Shown here one piece after another: positions 54,692 through 64,000 of a DNA stretch of 64,000 nucleotides. Position 1 is the stretch's first letter. Every line of letters starts with the position of its first letter. Source of the DNA: Eledone cirrhosa (taxonomy: Eukaryota); the NCBI GenBank assembly GCA_964016885.1, contig OZ024740.1:154070001-154134000 (forward strand), written 5' to 3'. Under the pieces are notes generated by a model, which worked only from the letters and a program-made list of their open reading frames with translations, was not told the origin of the DNA and ran no database searches. Made by a program: the position numbers and the translations under genes.

Positions 54692-56005
54692 ACGCAACTT
54701 TTCCCAAATGAATAAAAAAGTTAATAAAAATACTAAATTAAGCAACACATTTGGAATTAACCATTTTTCTTTTCTTAACGCAGCTAGTAGCAAACGTATA
54801 AGGGATGAATACTCGGCTGAAGAAGATATAGCTTTGGAAAATTATGTGACCACGGAGGGCACAATAACTTTTCATCCCAAAACGAGAAATATGAAAGATC
54901 ATCTGTTTTTATATCGCCAAAATGGAGCAGGTTTTCGTATACCTTCAATGTGTGGAATGACAACCCCTCTATCACTTACTGTAAGGCTTTCTGGATCGTA
55001 TATCTAGTTTTAAACGTAATGACGGAACGGAGAAGCAAGCCAAGTTATTGCAGCATACATCTGTATGGGACAAACACAATATGGCAGTTGTAATGAATAA
55101 TATTGACACTGATACTGACCAGTAATTCGTCCTCGGCTTTCTGGTGCAATACAGTTAGGTGGTAAGTGCCAAAGTAACCACGAATGACATGTAGCCAGAT
55201 GAGGTCTGAATGGGTATGCAAGTGCTGATAACCACTGAAGACTACACATATGGACAAAAGAAAATGCTAAATCCAGAACGCTACCAGCTGTAGCTCTAGG
55301 GATGGCCAAAAAGCTCGCTTCATCCTCATTCCAAAAGACGACAAGAAGATCAGCCTTCACTGAAATACTATCTCAATTTGTTTTTCGAAGACGGAGTGTT
55401 ACGTATTTTGAAAATGAGTAGAGTAGCATACTGTCGGGAACAATAGATAAAGAAGAAAAACAATAAACCTCAACATAAGGCATGTAAAACTCATGAAAAG
55501 ACAAACACCCCCACACAACATGGTATATAATTCACGGTACTCTGGATAATATACAATCCCCTGATAGCAAATCTGAGCGTTCTAGAGATTGATTTTGAAT
55601 GGGATTGATTTATCATTCCTTTCACACCCAGGTTGGTTTATATGAATATTAAATCTCGCTAGAGATTACTTTCTCTTTAATAACTTCTAATGCCGAGCAA
55701 ATAAAATATCAATCGAATACTGGGATCAGTATAATTGATTGTACCCATCTAAATATTTTCCAATACGATTACGATATAATTTATTATTCCTTAAGTTGAA
55801 TAAGTTCCTTAAGTGTAACTGTTGGTATACCCGTTCTACTATATTGACCGGGTAGAATTTTGGTCTCATTCATATGGAGCTGATAAAACAAATAACAGGC
55901 TCTGTCAAAGGAGGAATGAACTCACTTGTGACTTTGTTCTAGGCTTCCAAGACTGATGGGGAAGGAGAAAGAAAAAGGGTAGCAGAAGTAGGACACAGTG
56001 CATTA

Positions 56006-56069
<64 letters not shown>

Positions 56070-56324
56070 TATGTATATATATATAATTATAATAATAATA
56101 ATAGGTTACAATACCGTAAAAGAGGATAGAAAGAAGAGATATAAAGAGGTGCGATACATAATATTACATGCCAAAAGCGGATGCGTAATGTGCTCAATGC
56201 TTGGGTTATCAGGGTTAAATATTAGAGACAGTTAATATTTAGTGTAAAGGTTAAGCAGAACTGGAATAAGCAAAAGAATGAGTGAATGAAAGAGTTACAA
56301 GCCGTTAAAACATATCTTTATATA

Positions 56325-56367
56325 GCTCTTACACGTGTTTCGCCAGGGGGAGGGGCTCATCGGAGGC
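56325..56367 (-). ncRNA. Hammerhead variant in the inverted pLTR (degenerate direct copy about 58025-58065)
   Basis: Minus strand: gcct-CCGATGA-gcc..ggc-GAAA-cacgtgt-A-agagc; stem III palindrome ACACGTGT; U4 replaced by C. Confidence 0.6.
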
Positions 56368-56405
56368 AGATATTAATAAGCAAAGTCCTTAATTACAGAC
56401 CTTAA

Positions 56406-57200
56406 TTACAACATGCCTGTAATGCGAACATTAGGGAATATGATAACCCTGTCAACCTTAACAACTCGGACGCCCGACACGGTAACAATATTAGTAACCA
56501 AGACAGAAATCTTAGTATTAGCAGTAGCATGCACAATAGCACCACCTTAGAAACTAATCACAGCGACAGTAGTGTGACCGACGACCAGGTTAGAAACCCT
56601 AGCAACTATAACAACGGCTGTAGAAGACGCTATAACACGAGAAATAGAAATAGCACTACGTCGCATGAATATAACTATAATAGCGCCAACCACAATAATG
56701 GCAGCTATGGTGATGGTGATAATAATAGTAATGGGATTAACACCAGCCCTCACCACCTTATAGGTGACAAAAAAAAACTCTGCAATTGTCGTAACCCAAA
56801 CAACTGTCCACTCCGAGGCTACTGCTTGACTAGAAACGTAATCTATAGATGCACAGTTACAAGTTTTAATAGTGTTAAGTCATACATCGGAGCTACTTCT
56901 GGGGAGTTCAAGACTAGATTTCGAGCGCATCTCCACTCTTTTAGGAATAGGAAACTTAGATACTCTACCTCCCTCGCTAATTATATTACCCAATTAACTG
57001 ACTCCAAAATTAGTTACACCACATAATGGGAAATTGTGAACCAAGCAGCAACTTATAATTTTAAAAAGAAAGCTGCCAGCCCTGCCTAATGGAACTGTAT
57101 TATATAGTGCAAGCACCCCAGGAACTCATAAATAGTCAGGTCGAAACTGTCATCAATTGCGGCCACCGACTACAACATTCATTCTACAGATGGAACCCAG
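56406..57200 (+). pseudogene. Penelope GIY-YIG endonuclease preceded by a long Asn/Ser-rich linker
   Basis: CNCRNPNNCPLRGYCLTRNVIYRCTV...YIGATSGEFKTRF..H..SF; after a stop and frameshift CQPCLME...LINS...CGH. Confidence 0.85.
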
Positions 57201-57846
57201 CAACTGAATAACCACTATGATACCTGAGGCTCTCAACACCGCACCGTGGCCTGACCTGCCGGCGGTAGGTTTACCATTATACAACGTGAATAACACTATC
57301 ATCTACCCACTGTTTTCCCACCAGGAAGCTGCGCAGCACATATTCAGTCAGGCCCGCCCCGCTATATTCTTCGTCTTGGCCGGACCAGGTTTAAGTAATC
57401 TTACGAACTTGCTGCCTAAACTCGAATAACTTCTTAGATAATTGATCATATGAACATACAACTTCGATCAAATTGACATTATTTTTTAGGCCTTCAAATT
57501 CAGATCCAACGTACCCCCGTGCATTAGGTATACCCGTGTGCAGTATTTGACGACTTTACCAATAGTCTATCATATTCACACTTAAATACGGCATCATTTA
57601 TACTGAGCATCATTTATACTGAGTTGACCAACCCGTATATTCCTTTTAAATAAAAAAAAATGTTTTCCGTGGCTGGTACTGGTCATAAATCTTGCAGTAA
57701 ACTTTCTACGGGCACCGGTAATTACCTCCCTTAGAAAATTATACTCCTTTCACCATATTTATACCCATAACATTTAAAATCATTATGCATGGCGATGTGA
57801 TATTATTATTATACCCCCTTTGAAGCATAGAGTTACCTCCTTTCAT

Positions 57847-57963
57847 GATCTGAGTTCAAATCCCGCCGAGGTTAACTTTGCCTTTCATCCTTACGGGGTC
57901 GATAAAATAAAGTACCAGTAATGCACTGGGTAATTGCTGGCCTTGTGCCAAAAGTAGAAACAA
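57847..57963 (+). mobile_element. SINE family 1 fragment nested in the Penelope 3' UTR
   Basis: Matches the 3' two-thirds of the family consensus. Confidence 0.8.
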
Positions 57964-58118
57964 TGATTAAACCCTCTTAGGGTCTGTAATTAAGGACTGC
58001 TTATTAATATTAATATTAATATCTGCCTCCAATGAGACTCTTTGGGCGAAACACGTGTAAGATCTATATGAAGAAATGTTTTAACAGCTTGTAACTCTTT
58101 CATTCACTTATTCTTTTG

Positions 58119-58232
<114 letters not shown>

Positions 58233-60015
58233 TAATCAGGAATGGAAGGGCAGTACCCAGGAAAGGACGTTCAATACTGGTGGAGGGTGGAAAATAGTTA
58301 TCCTCAAACCAAAAATTAGGTCCAAATACTCACAAAAGCATAGGCTCCGCTATAAACAACCGAGGGAAACGAAGTGATTTTAAACTGGGTGACGGATTAA
58401 TTCTTCCGCACAAAAAGAAAAACAGTCTCTTTGACCGTACATATCTTTCGTCTACCTAACTTAACAAAGAAGGCTTCAGTGTATCTAATGCAATTGTAGC
58501 TTACAATTGATCAAAATGCAGCGTTTAGATGTTTGATTCTGAAACAACGTTATTCTGAATCAAATTCTGTATCCACATGACCATCAATGCTATCTTAACC
58601 ACACAGCTATATCTGCGCCCCAATACCCCTTGCCTTATGTCATCGTTTTATTTTTATTACCACTACAATCAGTTTGCCTCCCTCATATGAACTGACACCA
58701 CCTATTGACAAACTCACGGTATTTCAAATCTTTCAAATACAATGGGAAAATGAGATAATAGTAAATAAAATAAATCTTATATTTATAGTTGCAGTTTTGC
58801 CGGGGTTTTTAAAAAAAGTTTTTTAAATTATATTTGTAAGTGCAATGAAATTAAGCTTTACCGGGGCGCCAGTAAACTTAGGGCTTGTTCTGGTCATGTC
58901 TATACAACCGAATGATTTATCTAAGATAATTTATATAAATCTATGTAAATTATCTGGGGATTATACTATGTCCTGTTTAAATTTATGTTCAGAATAATTA
59001 GTAAATAATTAGTAAAGGTCCTTGGCAACCTTTACAATATTCTTTCCTTTTATAACCTCAACAAAAATCAGGGAATTAAGTACACATATGAATGATTTAG
59101 AAGTATATTTCTCATAATGAAAATTAATGAAATTAATGACGTATATCTAGAAAATATATTTAGAAAAATATTAAACTCTCCATAATTTTGCCATCAAAAA
59201 CATTTTTATTTTTATTTCTAATCCTCCAAATGTGTACTTAATTGCCTGTACTTGGTTAGGTTTATTTACGATCCCAAACTTCAGAACTACTTTGCTTTGC
59301 TTCATATATTTCCTTCGATTTCTAATGATTTGTAGATGTTGTTAAGAAAGGTCGTTGAGTGACAGTCAAATACTGTCTGAAATCATGTTACGCCTCTTTT
59401 CTCTTTATTATCGCTTGGAACATATACTTCAATGTCACCTTTTTTCTGTGAAAATTTGAGGTCAAAGTCAGCATTTTCCTCCGTTTTCGTTACGTCGATA
59501 TCTCTAACTCTTCAAGTATGCTATTATGAACTATACCAACATGTTGACATCAAACACAAAATGGGTAACTAGATATGGAGGAAATTAATTTTGCTTGTGA
59601 GTCACGGCAAGCCAAATGAATAAATATGTCTACTCGGCAGTCGAAAAATCGTTGATTCGTATTTTTTTGTTATGGTTGAAGCCTAGGTCAGTCAGGACCA
59701 AGAAGTTCTATGATGAAAGGCATTCCAACCACGTCCCCCATGTGATGTTTCAAGCATAGTGTGTCTAGAAATATTGTATCTATGTTCTTCAAGTACGATG
59801 TGATTTGGGGGATCTTTGACTGATGTTTCCTAGAGCCTTAAAAGAAGGGAAAGATATGTTTAATAATGTAGTCCTAGATACACTATGCTTTGTTATAAAA
59901 TAGTATGGTCATGGCATAGCATTTTGGTCATATATGTTCTGGGTCAGAGTTGACCTACGACAAGAGGATAACAACAACAACAATATAACATAAACAGCAA
60001 CAAAAACGATAATAA

Positions 60016-60197
60016 TTGTTTCTACTTTTGGCACAAGGCCAGCAATTAACCAGTGTATTACTGGTACTTTATTTTATCGAACCCGTAAGGATGAAAGGCA
60101 AAGTTAACCTCGGCGGGATTTGAACTCAGAATGGAATGGGACGTAACTCTTTGCGTCAAAGCATGGCGTCCGACCATCTACCGATACTGCCAATCCA
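60016..60197 (-). mobile_element. SINE family 1 (OK-like)
   Basis: Matches consensus; short TSD aacgataataa. Confidence 0.8.
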
Positions 60198-61526
60198 CAA
60201 CAACGATAATAACGATAGCAATATAACAATAAATATAAAGGTCTACATTGTTGAGGTCAACTTTGCCTTTCATCCATTCACGGTCGATAAAAGAAGTACC
60301 AGTTTAGTACTGGGGTAAATATTTCCTCTATATCTCCTTTTCACTTCCATTCTCTCACTTACTATCCTTCTCTGGGAGAAATCTGCTGTATTTAGACTTG
60401 GAGAGAAAATGGGTGCCGCCAGGTTTTATAAAACTGCAATAGAAACGCCGTATGTCAATGCGGCGCCCCTAAGACTTCCCAGAAGATACGGGTCCATACC
60501 ATGCATACTATATTGGTGCAAGGCTGCAAAAATTGTAAAGAAAGGATATTGCCGTTAGACAAAATCAAATCTGCTTTAATCCTTTTGACACCAGCCTGGT
60601 CAAACCGCTTCTGATTCTATAAAACAAAACTAACCATTTAAAGAGATTTTATTTAGTCTTTCAATATATATATATATTTTAAAATATGTTTTTAAATACC
60701 ACCTTATTAATGAAGTAAGTAAAAAATGTCCCTAAATCCTTTACAATTCTTCATTTATTAATTGCAATACAACGTTTGATATTAAGCACATGGTAACGAA
60801 AGTGTATATATATTGTAACACAAAAAAATGTTTTGCGGTATTTGGTTGCGACTCATTATGTTCTGAGTTCAAAATACCAGTTCAATACCGAAATCAAATA
60901 CATTGTCCCTGCACCCCGCCCCAAAGGAGTGACCTCCTACTAAATTTAGAAATTATTAATTTTATATTCATTTTTTTAATTTTCAATAATTCCTCTTGTT
61001 TGCTCTCTTCATTACTGCTAAAGCACATTTTTCTTAATCGACACCTCGTTTTTTTTTATTATTTTTATTATCTTCTATTCTCACATTATCTTCTTTCTTT
61101 ATCTTCATATCGACCCACATTTCCCATTTCCTCTCTTATTCAATCTACCCTTATTTTTCTTTCATTCATTCTTTATTTATCTATTTCTTTTCTCAGTTGT
61201 TATTCGTTATTCGGTCACTACGCTGTAATTGACTTCACAATGGTATTAGAGAAATAGCTTCTTACAGGCTTGTCTAGAGATCCGACAGCGGATTTGATCA
61301 TACCCATCGGCCGATTACGTTGATATTGCGTCACGATTGAATTTTGTATTTTTAGTGTATGTACCCCAACCCGAAATATATTGGTATCGGGAGGTGATCA
61401 TAGTGAAAAAATTACTCAATAGGTTAGTAGAGAGAGATGCCTATATATATATATATAGAGAGAGAGAGAGGAGAGTGAGAGAGAGATGCCTATATATATA
61501 CATATATATATTTTTTAATTTTTTTT

Positions 61527-61725
61527 AGGATCGATCGACTTTCGTCAAATCGGACCGAGGAAACAATGTTTTAGTCGGTCTTTCCAGTTGCTAATACTAT
61601 CTATCGGTTGCAACTCCAGGTAGAAGGAGCAACGTGAAATAAAGTGTCTTGCTCAAGGACATAACGCATCACCCGGTCCAGGAATCGAACTCCCAGCCTC
61701 AAGATTGTGAATCCAATTCTCTAAC
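61527..61725 (-). mobile_element. SINE family 2
   Basis: Closely similar to 23261-23460. Confidence 0.78.
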
Positions 61726-62261
61726 ATATATATATATATATATATATATAACAAGAAGTATAAGTCCGCAAGTTAAAATTAACTTCGTTTATTCATATTC
61801 ACTGCAATATATATTTTTGTGAAGTGTCAGTAAGCAACTAACACAAACCCAAATTTATATATTTAGACATCTTAATATATATGTATTAAGATGCCTAAAG
61901 ATATATATATATCACCTTGACCGACCAGCCTGTCGGGCGCCATTCGGCGCCGCTGGTCACAGCACGTGCTGTTTTAGCCATACGATGACGCCATCCCACT
62001 GACTGGACGGGCAGGCCGATATATATATATATATACATATACATACATACAGTAGATTCGTTTTTGCAATTATGCAAACAAGCCTCATTTTTAAAGCGAT
62101 GTCAGTAGAATGAACCCTTCATTCTTACTCTTGTGTTGGCATGTAAACAGAACTGCAGACACTAATGTTTCTGGGTATCACGCATCATCAGTACAGCTCA
62201 CTGCTCACCTGCCAAACTGTCAGAGCTAGTGAAAATATATGCTATTTTCTAAAATACACAG

Positions 62262-62500
62262 TGACTGATCGGCCTGATTTGCATATTAGCAGACTGGCTG
62301 ATCAGTCAGATCTGCATATTAGCAGACTGGCTGATCAGTCAGATCTGCATATTAGCAGACTGGCTGATCAGTCAGATTTGCATATTTGCAGACTGGCTGA
62401 TCAGTCAGATCTGCATATTAGCAGACTGGCTGATCAGTCAGATCTGCATACTCGCAGATCCACTGATCAACCAGATTTGCATATCAGCAGACTGGCTGAT
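62262..62500. repeat. 33-bp minisatellite, about 7 copies
   Basis: Unit gatctgcatattagcagactggctgatcagtca. Confidence 0.92.
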
Positions 62501-62899
62501 TGTATTCAGCCATGCAGAGCGAAATTTTATTTTATTTTTTTTTAATTTGGCAAAGCTGGCCATTTATCGCTCGTATACAGGAAAAAGAATCGAATGTTAT
62601 TATTAATATTCGAAAAACTCAGATTACATTTATCGTATTCAGCCATTTAGAGCGAAATTTTTATTTTATTTTATATATATATATATATATGTGTGTGTTC
62701 GTGAATAGAGCAATAGAAAAATAAAAGTCAGTCATAAGTAGTTAGTTAGTTAGTACATTGTTTTGGGATCGTTTCAGAGGGTCGATTGATCGACGGATAT
62801 CGATGTGTCTACTCTAACGGTTGTAGGGTCAACTGGATGGAATTTACGGATGGCATGGTATTACTTAACTCATCAGGAGGTGATCTCCGACATGCACTT

Positions 62900-63671
62900 C
62901 ACATGTTTACTGCGGAGTGTTGCAAAGTATGAATGAAAATCAGTGAAGTGAAGACTAATACATTCGTTCCCCCAATGCAGTGGACTCTACGTGCGAGTGG
63001 CGTTCCTCTGAAGCAGGTGGGGAGTTCAAGTATCCTGGGGCCGTGTTCACGAGTAATAAAAGGCAGGAGTCTGCATTATGTGCCAGAATTGCAGGAGCTG
63101 ATGCAGTGATGCACCAGCTTCAGCATTTGGTCATCAGAAGAAGGAAGGTAAGTATAAAAGATAAACTCGCTCTCTTCAATTCAGTCTTCGTGTCAACCCT
63201 TACTTATGGTCATGAGTCTTGGGTAATGACCGAAAGAAGACGCTCGCGAATACAAGCGGCAGAAATGGGGTTTCTCCGAAGGGTCATTGGGGTAACGTTA
63301 CTTAATAGAGTGCGTAGTGCGGAGATCAGAGAGTTGCTCCAGGTAGAGACGTTACTTTCCAAATTGAGAGATAAAAGATCAGATACTACGGATATCTGGT
63401 TAGAATGTGTCAGGAAAGAATCACTAGACAGATTTTACCGGCAAAGCAGGCCGATAGGAGGTCAGGTGGAGCACCTAAACAAGATGGTTGGATAATATCC
63501 AAGAGCTCGGCTGATCTCGCTTGAGGTTACAGCCGAATCAATTGGAAACGGTTGTTCTTGGCAGGTCCCGCTGGAGAGTGTACTTGAGGACTCAGCACCC
63601 CCCCCCCCCCCAAGAAGAAGAAGAAGAAGAAGAAGAAGAAGAAGAAGAAGAAGAAGAAGAAGAAGAAGAAG
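62900..63671 (+). mobile_element. RTE-clade LINE 3' fragment with (AAG)n tail
   Basis: FKYPG, LTYGHESWVMT, RIQAAEMGFLRR, RVRSAEIRE; (AAG)n at 63612-63671. Confidence 0.85.
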
Positions 63672-64000
63672 CTAATTAGTATAAGTCGGTATATCGAGAG
63701 GTAAACCACCCATGGAATGAAACTCATTGGAAACCGACTTAAATGTCGGCAATATTCAAAGAAAGTTTTGAAATTTGGTTTTATTCCTTTGATCTCGAAT
63801 GTACCAAAACTGTCTGTTAAGTGAGAAAAACATTTGGAAATGATGCAAAGAAACCTTCGAAGATGAAAAAAGACTACCTTGAGATGATGCTTTAAAATAA
63901 GTAAGACAAATATTTTCAATTTATTAAGAAACTAAATGAAAGATTTGGTAAACATCCAACTTTAATTGCTTTTCTCAAGTCCGACCTCATGTTTAATGCG

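Noticed and set aside
54800-55360. Weak transposase-like remnants (RQNGA; LAIPRAT...AFS)
   Set aside because: The motifs are too short and decayed to assign to Tc1/mariner or hAT.
62165-62545. 126-aa ORF with 11-aa repeats; also considered as a CRISPR-like array
   Set aside because: It is a contiguous 33-bp tandem repeat with no spacers, in a eukaryotic context, with no coding support.

Overview
AT-rich, microsatellite-dense eukaryotic DNA, intronic or intergenic. The repeat families suggest a coleoid cephalopod (octopus-like); this is an inference. No intact host gene is evident, and almost all recognisable coding capacity comes from decayed transposons. These are two tandem R4/Dong-type RLE LINEs in (AAT)n, a full-length degenerate L1/Tx1 LINE in (ATT)n, at least five Penelope-like (RT/GIY-YIG) fragments, RTE fragments, a Helitron helicase fragment, mariner and hAT MITEs, and two tRNA-derived SINE families. 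The most notable signal is non-coding: more than a dozen type I hammerhead ribozyme (HHR) motifs (CUGANGA...GAAA), mostly with palindromic stem III and often a very long, variable stem II. They sit in short elements inserted into (TA)n, either as terminally redundant ~480-nt units or as fold-back inverted repeats whose apex lies in or beside the ribozyme. Also notable are a ~288-bp tandem unit carrying a tRNA-like gene with a GGA anticodon and a Pol III terminator, and a head-to-head chimera of two different Penelope families. All calls are by eye; no searches or folding programs were run.
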